A stretch of DNA of 26,835 bases. Source: an uncultured bacterium (GTDB taxonomy: Bacteria; Hydrogenedentota; Hydrogenedentia; Hydrogenedentales; JAEUWI01). The notes beneath the pieces were generated by a model, which had not been told where the DNA came from, ran no database searches, and was given only the letters and a program-made list of their open reading frames with translations. Numbering within the stretch: the first letter of the stretch is position 1; each line of letters begins with the position of its first letter. Shown here one piece after another: positions 1 to 8,874 of the stretch. The stretch covers positions 1 through 26,835 of the forward strand of contig CAXBPH010000079.1 of NCBI GenBank assembly GCA_963977445.1, given 5' to 3'. The translations under genes and the position numbers were made by a program.

Positions 1-126
1 CAAGTCCCACAAGTCCCACAAGTCCCACAAGTCCCACAAGTCCCACAAGTCCCACGAGTCCCACGAGTCCCACGAGTCCCACGAGTCCCACGAGTCCCAC
101 AGGTCCCACAGGTCCCATCAGTCCCA
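1..126. repeat. 9-mer tandem array NNNGTCCCA, 14 units, truncated by window start
   Basis: 6x CAAGTCCCA, 5x CGAGTCCCA, 2x CAGGTCCCA, 1x TCAGTCCCA read directly. Confidence 0.97.
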
Positions 127-136
127 TTACCCTGAG

Positions 137-239
137 GGGGACGGCCCCCGCTGGCTAATTCGCGATGGTATACCCAGAGTACCTCATGACTACGACGGTG
201 GCGACGCTGCGGGTAGTGCACGGGGCGAGTGCAGTCCCC
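137..239 (-). repeat. 103-bp GGGGAC-ended inverted-repeat element (family A), copy 1
   Basis: GGGGACGGCCCC at 137 and GTGCAGTCCCC ending at 239. Confidence 0.85.
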
Positions 240-271
240 AAAAACGCCCCCGTGGTGTATACGGGGGCGTT
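240..271 (-). terminator. Intrinsic terminator (minus strand), duplicate of the purH terminator
   Basis: AACGCCCCCGT / ACGGGGGCGTT stem with an A-tract on the + strand (U-tract on the - strand). Confidence 0.75.
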
Positions 272-297
272 GGAAAACGATTGACTGGTATCTCGGT

Positions 298-351
298 TTA
301 GTGGTGGGAGAAACACCGCTCCAGGCCAAAGACCATGGTGACACCCGCTTC
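298..351 (-). pseudogene. purH: Duplicated 3' fragment of purH ([17 protein letters not shown])
   Basis: 50/54 nt identical to 2391-2444; frame and stop kept (TAA versus TAG). Confidence 0.85.
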
Positions 352-1927
352 ACGGTCGGACTCTCCCTCGCGATGGCCCTGGCGGAGGATCCTTCTCCGG
401 TATCTCCCGGGTGTCCTGCAGGAACGGAACCACGAAATCGTAGCTACCATCCGCCGCCCGTTGCCCTCCATTGTCCACCAGATCGTCCCCAATCGAATAA
501 ATGATAAAGCCGCCTTCCACCACCTTGTAGCGCAACGGACCTCCGCCGAAAGGGTCGCCCTCAATTGCGGCTACAGCCTCGCTATCCAACCCATCGAGCG
601 AATCGGGAAGGGTGCCCATCTGCTGGCGAAACGTATCCACAAGCATCGCCAGGCGAAGGCTGCGAGACTCGATTTCATCGTGTACAAGGTAGGTGGTGAT
701 GTCATAGAACTGTCCCGAAAGTACGCTCGAAGAGTCCGACATCGACCGCATCTCCGGGTGTAGCAAAAGGGTGACAAGGTCGCGAAACGTGATTGGTTGG
801 AGCACAGTTGTTCCGTCGGGCTGATAGACCACCCGCTTCAAGCGATGGTCTCCATTCTCCAAGATCGACGGATCATCCGCCCCATTGTTCTCCCACACGT
901 GTATGTAGGGCTGGCGTTCAACGGCGTTCCGATAAAGCGCAGACCAAGGCTTTCCCCGATCAGCAAGCATGGTCGTCATGAAACGAATTCCCCGATAGGT
1001 CTCCAGTTTTGCGAGGCTCCGCACGCCGGGAATCCACTGGTGTCTCAATAGCCGGGCTCTCAGCGGCAAAGATACACCATAGCGTTGCGCCATGGCCCCT
1101 CCACCGTAGTATGCCTCGAGTCGATATTCATAATAGACCCGTTCGCCGAAAAGCCGCCGGTGAACAACATCAGCTAAGCCGATATCGGCATAGAGGGTAT
1201 CCAACGATTCGTAGAGAGACGGCGGAAATTCCTCCGACGTAATGGCGCGCTTCATCAGGTCCCTTGCGGCTCTCCAGAGCAGCAAACGATGGTTTTGCCG
1301 CCACGTGGGAATGGTCCCGAAGGAGTCGGCCAAGTGGAAGAGGGCCCGCTGGTTAAGGGAGAACGTTTCCCAGTTCCTATCCTGCAGCGCGACGAAGCCC
1401 TGCACCCAGAGAAGTACTTGCAGCCCCTGAATGCCGCCAAAGAGTTCGGCATCGGACCCTTGACCCGGCGGCGTGCTCAAATCAACGGGATACCGCGCCG
1501 TAGCGATTGCCACTGCTTCGGCCAGCACATCGAAGACGGACTGTCGCGTGGCGAGATAGGCACGCGCTTGCGCGAGTGTTTCGTGTGAGTAGCGAGCACC
1601 CTCGAGTTTCCCTTTGAGGCCCGAGCCTACAGCGTCGTAGCCATTGCCGTCACCGAAGGTTTCGAGAATCTCCGCTGCCCTCAGGTAGACCAGCGCCCCG
1701 TTTTCCTCATCGGGGACTTGTGGGTAGAACGCGTCCAACTCGGCCAAGGTAACCGGCTCGCCCTTGGCGCGGATTTCCGCCTCCAATGTGGCGAGCGCGC
1801 TGTCTACACGCCATCGGAAGACCGTCAATGCTACAGTAGTACCAATGAGCAGAACGAGACTGGTATACCAAAATCGCCGTCTCTTCCGCTTTGGCCCCGA
1901 TACTGTCGCCGTAGATTCTTTGTCCAT
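350..1927 (-). CDS. Hypothetical membrane-anchored protein (525 aa) with a C-terminal GspG/pseudopilin-like motif, of a type common in PVC-like bacteria
   Basis: Basic N-terminus plus TM helix, [16 protein letters not shown] motif, and C-terminal [31 protein letters not shown]. Confidence 0.8.
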   Translation of the reverse strand: MDKESTATVSGPKRKRRRFWYTSLVLLIGTTVALTVFRWRVDSALATLEAEIRAKGEPVTLAELDAFYPQVPDEENGALVYLRAAEILETFGDGNGYDAVGSGLKGKLEGARYSHETLAQARAYLATRQSVFDVLAEAVAIATARYPVDLSTPPGQGSDAELFGGIQGLQVLLWVQGFVALQDRNWETFSLNQRALFHLADSFGTIPTWRQNHRLLLWRAARDLMKRAITSEEFPPSLYESLDTLYADIGLADVVHRRLFGERVYYEYRLEAYYGGGAMAQRYGVSLPLRARLLRHQWIPGVRSLAKLETYRGIRFMTTMLADRGKPWSALYRNAVERQPYIHVWENNGADDPSILENGDHRLKRVVYQPDGTTVLQPITFRDLVTLLLHPEMRSMSDSSSVLSGQFYDITTYLVHDEIESRSLRLAMLVDTFRQQMGTLPDSLDGLDSEAVAAIEGDPFGGGPLRYKVVEGGFIIYSIGDDLVDNGGQRAADGSYDFVVPFLQDTREIPEKDPPPGPSRGRVRP

Positions 1928-2097
1928 GGTTGACCCCGCGTACCTGTCGTGTGCTCATGCGAGTGTAGCATGGGCGTCATTCCGTGTCCATGGGCTGGCG
2001 CACCATGTCGGAGTAGGTAACGTTCACGGCGAAGGTTTTCGCAGTCGCCATGAGGCCGATGGGTCAAGGTGCCCCGGTTCCCCTTCCGGCGATCCCA

Positions 2098-2205
2098 CAG
2101 GTCCCACAGGTCCCACGGGTCCCACGGGTCCCACGGGTCCCACGGGTCCCACGGGTCCCACGAGTCCCACGAGTCCCACGAGTCCCACGAGTCCCACAGG
2201 TCCCA
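2098..2205. repeat. 9-mer tandem array NNNGTCCCA, 12 units
   Basis: 2x CAGGTCCCA, 5x CGGGTCCCA, 4x CGAGTCCCA, 1x CAGGTCCCA. Confidence 0.97.
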
Positions 2206-2215
2206 TAACCCTCAG

Positions 2216-2318
2216 GGGGACGGCCCCCGCTGGCTAATTCGCGATGGTATACCCAAAGTACATCATGACTACGACGGTGACGGCGCTGCGGGTAGTGCAC
2301 GGGGCGAGTGCAGTCCCC
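2216..2318 (-). repeat. 103-bp family A element, copy 2
   Basis: Same ends as 137-239, 99/103 identical. Confidence 0.85.
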
Positions 2319-2350
2319 AAAAACGCCCCCGTGGGGTTCACGGGGGCGTT
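2319..2350 (-). terminator. Intrinsic terminator of purH
   Basis: AACGCCCCCGTG / CACGGGGGCGTT hairpin plus U-tract on the minus strand, 40 nt after the stop. Confidence 0.8.
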
Positions 2351-2390
2351 GGGATTGGATTCTACTTTTCTATTCGCTGTGGCCGTGCCA

Positions 2391-3509
2391 CTAGTGGTGG
2401 GAGAAACACCGCTCCAGGCTGAAGACCATGGTGGCACCCGCTTCGTTACAGGCCGTGATGGCATCGAAGTCGTTCATGCTGCCGCCAGGCTGGATGATGG
2501 CCGCAATGCCCGTACCCGTCGCTGCATCCACCGCGTCGCGGAAGGGGAAGAAACCGTCGGAAGCCATTACGGCTCCGTCCAGCGTCTCCGTGCCTTTGTA
2601 TTTCTGTCCGGCCTTAATGAGGGCCTGCTGCACGGCACCAACGCGGTCCTGTTCGCCCGTGCCGACGGCCAGGGTCTGTCCGTTTTTCGCGATGACCACA
2701 CCGTTACTGCGCACGTGGATATTCACATACCAGGCGAAGAGGAGATCGTCGAGTTCGCGTTCGGTGGGCTGGCGGGCGATGTCGGCGCGGCCATGTTTCG
2801 GGTGTTCGTTGTAGGCGGGCACGAGGTCGGCCACACTCTTCACCCGGCTCAGGTAGGGCTGGGCCAGGATGATGCTGCCGTCATCAAATACCTTCATTTC
2901 GAAGCCACGGGACTTCTCATCGATGTATTTGGGCAAAGTCGAAAAATCGGGCACCTTAATCAGGCGAATTTCTTTGTTGCGCTTGAAGCGGGCGGCATCG
3001 TTCAAGGTCGTCAGGGCCGCTTCGGAGAAACTCGGGGCAGCGACGCCCTCCACGATGGTTTCCATAATGGACACGGCCGTCGCTTCGTCCACTTCCGTGT
3101 TGAAGACCACCACGGAGCCAAAAGCGGCCTGGGCGTCGGCGTCGCGGGCGCGCTCATAAACCTGGACCAGGTCCTGATCGTCCACCTTGATGGCCACGCC
3201 GCTGGGGTTACAATGTTTCATCACGGCGCAGGCAGGGCGCTGCATGTATTTCAGGATGCCGATGGCGTGCTGCATGTCTTCCAGATTGGTCTGGGACAGG
3301 CCGCTCTTTCCGGTCTTGAGGATTTCGTAACGTCCCAACACCACACCCTGATCGTCGGAAGGGCGATAAAAGGCGGCGGGCTGGTGGGGGTTGGTGCCAT
3401 AGCGAAGGTTTTCCACCTTCTCATAGGCCCGTCCCAATACGTCGAAGGTCTCGGGGAATTCGCCCTCGGTCCGCGTGCGATACATTTTTTTCAGATCTTG
3501 TTCGGCCAT
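2391..3509 (-). CDS. purH: AICAR transformylase (PurH C-terminal domain only, 372 aa)
   Basis: LRYGTNPHQPAAFY, KHCNPSGVA, AFGSVV, SNGVV, GEQDRV, ASDGFFPFRD, IIQPGGS motifs; ATG at 3509 with a GGAG RBS; no N-terminal MGS-like IMP cyclohydrolase domain. Confidence 0.92.
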   Translation of the reverse strand: MAEQDLKKMYRTRTEGEFPETFDVLGRAYEKVENLRYGTNPHQPAAFYRPSDDQGVVLGRYEILKTGKSGLSQTNLEDMQHAIGILKYMQRPACAVMKHCNPSGVAIKVDDQDLVQVYERARDADAQAAFGSVVVFNTEVDEATAVSIMETIVEGVAAPSFSEAALTTLNDAARFKRNKEIRLIKVPDFSTLPKYIDEKSRGFEMKVFDDGSIILAQPYLSRVKSVADLVPAYNEHPKHGRADIARQPTERELDDLLFAWYVNIHVRSNGVVIAKNGQTLAVGTGEQDRVGAVQQALIKAGQKYKGTETLDGAVMASDGFFPFRDAVDAATGTGIAAIIQPGGSMNDFDAITACNEAGATMVFSLERCFSHH

Positions 3510-3567
3510 GTTTCTTGCTCCAATTTCGGCGTTCAGACAGACGGGTGGGAGGAGTCCACACCGCGCC

Positions 3568-3745
3568 CAGCCCAGGCGAGCGGCATAAAACAAGGTGGCA
3601 GGGCCACAACCAGGATCAATCATCCTGCTCCGCCCTCATCCAGGAAATTTCCCTGCGTTGTGCAGTGATTTTCCGGACCAGGACGCTAAGCACGTCGTTT
3701 CCCCGTGGTTCATTCCACGCTATGTCGCCAGTCACGACCGTGCTT
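3568..3745 (-). ncRNA. ZMP/ZTP (pfl) riboswitch
   Basis: Minus strand GCACGGTCGTGACTGGCGACATAGCGTGGAATGAACCACGGGGAAACGACGTGC (P1/P2) and downstream GCCGCTCGCCTGGGC (P3/pseudoknot) match the pfl consensus; located upstream of purH. Confidence 0.9.
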
Positions 3746-3758
3746 TTGGGAGGCCTCT

Positions 3759-3767
3759 ATTATGCCA
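3759..3767 (-). promoter_or_regulatory. Extended -10 promoter (TGgCATAAT) for the riboswitch-purH transcript
   Basis: TGnCATAAT ends about 14 nt upstream of the aptamer P1 start. Confidence 0.55.
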
Positions 3768-3880
3768 TAAATGGTGAAAGCCAATAAAGGAAAAGAGCGA
3801 AACGTCAGGGCAATCGCACTATAACGAACACTCACATGATAGATTAGAAGGGATCTTATTTTATTGATGTAAACCCGGTG

Positions 3881-4095
3881 GTGCCACCCGATCCCGCTTT
3901 TATTGCGGCGTAGACGTAATAAAAGCGGGTTCGGGTGCCTTGACCCATGTCGATGTCAGAAAAAAGTGGATGGCACCGTAGCTTTGGTCGCCGAAATTCC
4001 CGCGATGAAACAAGGCCACTGCCAAGTTAACCATTGGCGACCCCAGTAATCGAGGCCCAAGGCACCCGAACCGGGAATACCGGATCGGGTGGCAC
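3881..4095. repeat. Inverted pair of REP-like family B hairpins (3881-3937 +, 4063-4095 -)
   Basis: GTGCCACCCGATC-[loop]-GTTCGGGTG in both orientations, each followed by CCTTG. Confidence 0.85.
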
Positions 4096-4169
4096 CCCGA
4101 CGGCCCTCTTGTTAATTCAAGCGGATGTGAGATCGACTTGTAATGCGATAGCCCTGGCGAAACCAGCCA

Positions 4170-6083
4170 TCATTCATAGAGCCAGGCAATGGGAATCGAC
4201 CGAAAGCGGGAGGAAATCATCTTGTTGCCCGCCTCGGCCACATAATAGCTCAGGAGCACCCGCCCGTGGTCGAAAGTGGCGCTGATATAAGAATAGCCGC
4301 CGATGAAAGCCGTATCGCCGTCGGTGCTGGTTTCGATGTTTTTCTTGTGTTCCCAGGTCTTGCCTTCATCCTTCGACACGGCGACGGTCAAGGGGGAACG
4401 TTTGCCGCCGTGGCCTTCACCCTCGACGAAGTTGTCGTTCCAGATGAGCAGGAGATCGCCGGTGGAGGGAATGCGGCGGAGGGTGGCCGGGGCTTCGGGT
4501 GCCAATACGCCCCAGTTCGACCCTTCGCTCCAGGTATCGCCACCGTCTTCCGAATAGGCGGAACCGATGTGGCCCAGCTGGTTTCGGAATATCATGAGGA
4601 CCCGGCCATCGTTAAGTTCCAGACACTCCGGCTCCATGGCACCGCGCTCGGCGTAGTCCACGGTATTTTTGCTGGGCCGCCAGGTGTGCCCGGCGTCGTC
4701 GGAAATCCAGGTACGGCACGTAAAGTGGTTTATCTTTTCCACATCCTCCGTCCAGGCTACGGGAGCCAACAGACGTCCACTCGACAGCTTCACCACCCGG
4801 TCATTGTTCATCACGTGGTAGCCCGCCATGTCGGTCACCAGCGTGGCCTCGCCGAAAGTCAGGCCGCCATCGCTTGAACGACGGAGGTAGACGTCGAGAT
4901 CATTCATGCCGTTCTTGTGAAGATAAAACAAGCCCACTTCCGTATCAGAAAGCTCTTGAAACGTGAGGGACATGACATTCTTGTCCCCAATGTTTTCTTG
5001 CAGTGTCGTCTGCTCGCCCCAGGTCTGCCCACCGTCAGTGGAAATACGTCCCACAATGCGGGCCTTGGCGAAATCGCTCCAGTCGTTGATGAACTCACTC
5101 GTGCCGTAGAGATAACGGCCGTCATTCAAAACCAGAACGTCGCCTTCGCTGTAACGGGGATTGGCTTCGGTGCCGGGGTACACATCTGACACCACGATGC
5201 CCTCGGGCGCGGGCGCGATGTCTCGGGCCATCTGGAGGAGGGCCTGGGCGGAACGGACCCGTGCATCGTAGTGTTCGTCGTCCAGCATGGCCAGCAGGGG
5301 CCACTTTAAATGACTCAGGCCGATTTCACCCGCGAAGGTGGCCGCCATGGTGCGGACCGAAGCGTCGTCGCTACTGAAGTTCTTTTCGAGCTGTACGATA
5401 GCCGCCGGGTCTCCCAGGGCCGCCTGGGCGTGGACAAAGAATCCGATAGCCAGGGGATCAGCGAAACGGGTTGTCCCCTCCCGCAGTGCCGGCAAGTCAG
5501 AGGCGTCACCCACACGACCGAGGACCCATGCCGCGATGCGGGCGATATCCTTGTCTCCCGATTGGAGTTGTTCCCGGAGATAGGTGAGGGCCTCGGGATT
5601 GCCCCAGCGTGCGAGGGCAGCGGCCGCCATCATGGCGCGGGTAGGTTTCTCGGTGTCGGCGAAAGCCTTTCGCATGGCAACACCGTCGCCGAGCACCCAG
5701 ACTTTGTAGGAACTCTCTGCGGCGTGAACATGGGCATAAGGGTCGGGGCCGTCTACGAGATCGAGGAGGATTTTGGCCTTGGCACCATCGCCCGCCCGGA
5801 CAAGCTCACGGGCAAGGCCGCAGCGCTGTTGGAGGTCTGTTATGGTGTCCAACATGGGCTCCACAACCGCACGGACCTCGTCGCCATGGCCCGCCAGGGT
5901 CAACGCCTCGGCGGCATGCATGGCCGGCCAGAATTCTTCTGCCGCCAGGGTCTCCCGCAAGATGGCCAGACACTTAGCCTCTTGTTCCTCGTCCAGGGTG
6001 ATGAGGGCAGCACCGTGGGCGGCGTTGGCAACGATGAGGGCAACAAAAAAGGGGGCCAAAAGCACCCGAGCGATCCGTGACAT
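4170..6083 (-). CDS. Secreted HEAT-repeat plus BNR/Asp-box (GH33-like sialidase fold) fusion protein
   Basis: Signal peptide, N-terminal HEAT-like helical repeats, five Asp boxes (STDGGQTW, SSDGGLTF, SDDAGHTW, SEDGGDTW, SKDEGKTW), MEP and YSY motifs. Confidence 0.85.
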   Translation of the reverse strand: MSRIARVLLAPFFVALIVANAAHGAALITLDEEQEAKCLAILRETLAAEEFWPAMHAAEALTLAGHGDEVRAVVEPMLDTITDLQQRCGLARELVRAGDGAKAKILLDLVDGPDPYAHVHAAESSYKVWVLGDGVAMRKAFADTEKPTRAMMAAAALARWGNPEALTYLREQLQSGDKDIARIAAWVLGRVGDASDLPALREGTTRFADPLAIGFFVHAQAALGDPAAIVQLEKNFSSDDASVRTMAATFAGEIGLSHLKWPLLAMLDDEHYDARVRSAQALLQMARDIAPAPEGIVVSDVYPGTEANPRYSEGDVLVLNDGRYLYGTSEFINDWSDFAKARIVGRISTDGGQTWGEQTTLQENIGDKNVMSLTFQELSDTEVGLFYLHKNGMNDLDVYLRRSSDGGLTFGEATLVTDMAGYHVMNNDRVVKLSSGRLLAPVAWTEDVEKINHFTCRTWISDDAGHTWRPSKNTVDYAERGAMEPECLELNDGRVLMIFRNQLGHIGSAYSEDGGDTWSEGSNWGVLAPEAPATLRRIPSTGDLLLIWNDNFVEGEGHGGKRSPLTVAVSKDEGKTWEHKKNIETSTDGDTAFIGGYSYISATFDHGRVLLSYYVAEAGNKMISSRFRSIPIAWLYE

Positions 6084-6166
6084 GTCCGTAAGACTCCTTG
6101 GTTGGCTAGGTTGTTATAACCAATTATAGGGTAGGTCTCCGGGGATTACAACCTGCGGGGACGTCC

Positions 6167-6399
6167 CCGGGGACTGCACCGACGTGGCAACCATCCCCAG
6201 CGCAACCGACCCCGTGGTTGGCTTGCGATGGCACCGCAGGGAAACACGCGAAGATAGTCGGGGCCGTCCCCCTGAGTGTCATCTCCCCTCAGGGGGACGG
6301 CCCCGGCGATCACCATTGTTGTTTCATACAGAACGACGCCTGTTTACCACGTGTTGAACGAGGCCACAGCGACATTCATTCGGCCGGTGCAGTCCCCGG
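6167..6399. repeat. Inverted pair of family A elements (6169-6271 +, 6293-6397 -) forming a nested palindrome
   Basis: Outer CCGGGGACTGCACCG / CGGTGCAGTCCCCGG and inner GGGGCCGTCCCCCTGAG / CTCAGGGGGACGGCCCC; the two cores are unrelated. Confidence 0.88.
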
Positions 6400-6423
6400 T
6401 GCACTGGCAGCGCAGATTTACTA

Positions 6424-6456
6424 CACACGAACCGACGTTGTCGGATCGCGTGGCAC
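6424..6456 (-). repeat. REP-like family B hairpin (variant CACGCGA/TCGTGTG)
   Basis: Reverse complement nearly identical to the hairpins at 26687-26719 and 26767-26799. Confidence 0.85.
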
Positions 6457-6628
6457 GATCAGGGTAAGTCGTGGTGGCGTCACGCCATTCTCCATTCACT
6501 CCCACCGTCCCCACATGGCAGCATTTGGTGGTCCTGTGCTATGATCTACCCTTTCCGACGCGGCCCGGCCCCCAGTGTGTGCGGTAGCCGGTCCCCCACT
6601 CGCAATCCAACAATTCAGGAATATACGC

Positions 6629-8056
6629 ATGGCCAAGGGTATCACCAAGCGTTCCGATGACTACTCCCAGTGGTATATCGACGTAGTTCGTAAAGCCGAA
6701 ATGGCGGATCACTCTCCCGTAAAAGGGTGCATGGTGATCAAACCAACCGGCTATGGCATCTGGGAAAAAATCCAGCAACGTCTGGACCGCGTGTTTAAGG
6801 AAACGGGACACGTAAACGCCTATTTCCCCATGCTGATTCCCGAGAGCTTCCTGAAAAAGGAAGCGGAGCACGTGGAAGGCTTTGCCCCCGAGTGTGCCGT
6901 GGTTACCCATGGCGGCGGCAAAAAGCTGGAAGAGCCCCTCGTTATCCGGCCTACGTCGGAAACCATCATCTGGGACTCCTACCGCACGTGGATTAACTCC
7001 TACCGTGATCTTCCCATCCTCATCAACCAGTGGGCCAATGTCTGCCGCTGGGAAATGCGCACGCGCCTTTTCCTCCGGACCACGGAATTCCTCTGGCAGG
7101 AAGGGCACACGGCCCACGCCACCCACGAAGAGGCCGAAGAAGAGACCTATAAGATGGTCCAGGTCTATCGGGAGTTTGCCGAGGATTACCTCGCCATGCC
7201 CGTGCTGGTCGGCAAAAAGACCAACGCCGAGAAATTCGCCGGCGCCCTCCACACCTACTGCATCGAAGGGCTCATGCAAGACGGCAAAGCCCTCCAGGCC
7301 GGCACCTCCCACCACCTGGGTCAGAATTTCGCCAAGGCCTTCGACGTAAAGTTCCAGGACAGCGATAAAGAGGTCAAATACGTCCATGCCTCCAGCTGGG
7401 GCGTGAGTACCCGCCTTATCGGCGCCATGGTCATGACCCACAGTGACGACAATGGACTGGTCATTCCGCCGAAGCTTGCCCCCTTGCCGGTGGTCATCGT
7501 TCCTATTTACCGCAACGATGAGCAGCGCGAATTGGTCATCGCCAAGGCCGAGGCCATGACCGAAGGCTGGGATCCCCTCTTTTTCAAGATCGATAACCGG
7601 GATCACTACAAGCCCGGCTATAAATTCAACGAATGGGAGCTTAAGGGCATCCCGCTTCGCATTGAAATCGGACCACGGGACGTGGAAAGTGGTGAAGTGG
7701 TCGTGGCACGACGTGACACGAGCGAAAAAGTCACCCTGCCCATGGAAGGCCTGCTGGAGAAAGTCGAGGCCCTTCTGGACGACATCCAGGCCAATCTTTT
7801 CAAGCTGGCAAAAGAACGCACCATCGCAAACACCCACACCGTAGACTCTTACGAAGAATATAAGGCCCGCGTCGGTGATGGCGGCTTCTTCCGCGTCTTC
7901 CTGGATCACGAAAACCCCGAAGTAGAGCAAAAGCTTCAGGCCGATACCCGATCGACCGTCCGTTGCATTCCCTTTGACAAAGAAGAAGAAGAGGGCGAAT
8001 GCATGATTTCGGGCAAGGCCTGCCACTATCGGGTGGTCGCTGCCCAGTCCTATTGA
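6629..8056 (+). CDS. proS: Proline--tRNA ligase, archaeal/eukaryote-like type
   Basis: [61 protein letters not shown]-terminal ..QSY; AGGA RBS. Confidence 0.97.
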   Translation: MAKGITKRSDDYSQWYIDVVRKAEMADHSPVKGCMVIKPTGYGIWEKIQQRLDRVFKETGHVNAYFPMLIPESFLKKEAEHVEGFAPECAVVTHGGGKKLEEPLVIRPTSETIIWDSYRTWINSYRDLPILINQWANVCRWEMRTRLFLRTTEFLWQEGHTAHATHEEAEEETYKMVQVYREFAEDYLAMPVLVGKKTNAEKFAGALHTYCIEGLMQDGKALQAGTSHHLGQNFAKAFDVKFQDSDKEVKYVHASSWGVSTRLIGAMVMTHSDDNGLVIPPKLAPLPVVIVPIYRNDEQRELVIAKAEAMTEGWDPLFFKIDNRDHYKPGYKFNEWELKGIPLRIEIGPRDVESGEVVVARRDTSEKVTLPMEGLLEKVEALLDDIQANLFKLAKERTIANTHTVDSYEEYKARVGDGGFFRVFLDHENPEVEQKLQADTRSTVRCIPFDKEEEEGECMISGKACHYRVVAAQSY

Positions 8057-8178
8057 CAGACCTGTCATCTAATTGTTACACTGATAGGCCGCACAGAATG
8101 TGCGTTAATCGCAAATTAACCTATCGTCACGCCACTCCGGCGGGGACGAAATCTATCCCGAGGGGAGGTTGAGTATTC

Positions 8179-8364
8179 GTGACGAAAGTTCGCGTCAAAT
8201 CTGACGAGCCATTTGAAAAGGCACTCCGTCGCTTCAAAAAGAAGTGCAATAAAGAAGGCCTGATGCAGCGCATCAAGGAAATCAAGCATTTCGAGAAGCC
8301 GAGTGAACGTCGTCGCCGCCGCCTGGCCAAGGCCATGGCACGCGCCGTCCTCGAAGAAAAATAG
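8179..8364 (+). CDS. rpsU: 30S ribosomal protein bS21
   Basis: EPFEKALRRFKKKC..EIKHFEKPSERRRR; GTG start with a GGAGG RBS. Confidence 0.95.
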   Translation: MTKVRVKSDEPFEKALRRFKKKCNKEGLMQRIKEIKHFEKPSERRRRRLAKAMARAVLEEK

Positions 8365-8382
8365 CCCCACGCAATAACATTG

Positions 8383-8442
8383 TACAATCCCCGAAAGGCT
8401 GGAACTACGGTTCCGGCCTTTCGTTGTTTCTGGGGGATTGTA
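8383..8442 (+). terminator. Terminator/stem-loop after rpsU
   Basis: CGAAAGGCTGGAAC-TACG-GTTCCGGCCTTTCG followed by TTGTTT, enclosed by TACAATCCCC/GGGGATTGTA. Confidence 0.7.
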
Positions 8443-8538
8443 TAGAGGGACGGCAGCGACTTCAGGGACAACAGGGACATTTCCCCACGCGTTCCATGGC
8501 GCTGCCTGCGATTGTGGGTAATTCTCACAGACCACGGG

Positions 8539-8874
8539 GTGCCACCCGATCGCGACCGTGGTGACATCTCATCACTCCAGAACCACGTACCACGATTCGG
8601 CGGGCCGTAACCTACGTGGATGCCGAGCCGAAAGCGTTCGGGTGCCTTGAGCCACATACACCAAGGACCACTTCCGAGGACTCGGCAGTAGCTTTTACTC
8701 CTGGCCAACGGTGACGTTGCAAGGCTACTGTCTGGGTCGTCATTAACCAATCCGACTACCGAGGCTCAAGACACCCGAACGTGCACCAAGTCACCCTCGA
8801 CTCGACCCTTTCTCGAAGGCACCCCCAATGTTCGGCAATAACACGGACACTCTTCATGCACGATCGGGTGGCAC
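8539..8874. repeat. Inverted pair of REP-like family B elements with long loops (8539-8644 +, 8772-8874 -)
   Basis: GTGCCACCCGATC..GTTCGGGTGCCTTGAGCC and GGCTCAAGACACCCGAAC..GATCGGGTGGCAC. Confidence 0.85.

Larger units (their letters stand above)
1..351. repeat. Direct repeat copy 1 of the purH 3' end plus downstream region (copy 2 at 2098-2444)
   Basis: Same order of modules as 2098-2444: 9-mer array, 103-bp element (4 mismatches), terminator stem, and a 54-bp purH tail (50/54 identical). Confidence 0.95.

Noticed and set aside
298..564. 88-aa ORF ending in the PurH C-terminus as a real gene
   Set aside because: It lies mostly out of frame inside the 525-aa gene; only the last 17 codons are purH-derived
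1764..2422. ORFs encoding GPT/SHE/GTR repeats through the 9-mer array
   Set aside because: Open frames are an artefact of a stop-free 9-mer period; they overlap real genes or repeats and lack credible starts
6460..6628. T-box leader upstream of proS
   Set aside because: No T-box consensus or terminator/antiterminator seen; only an extended -10-like TGCTATGAT
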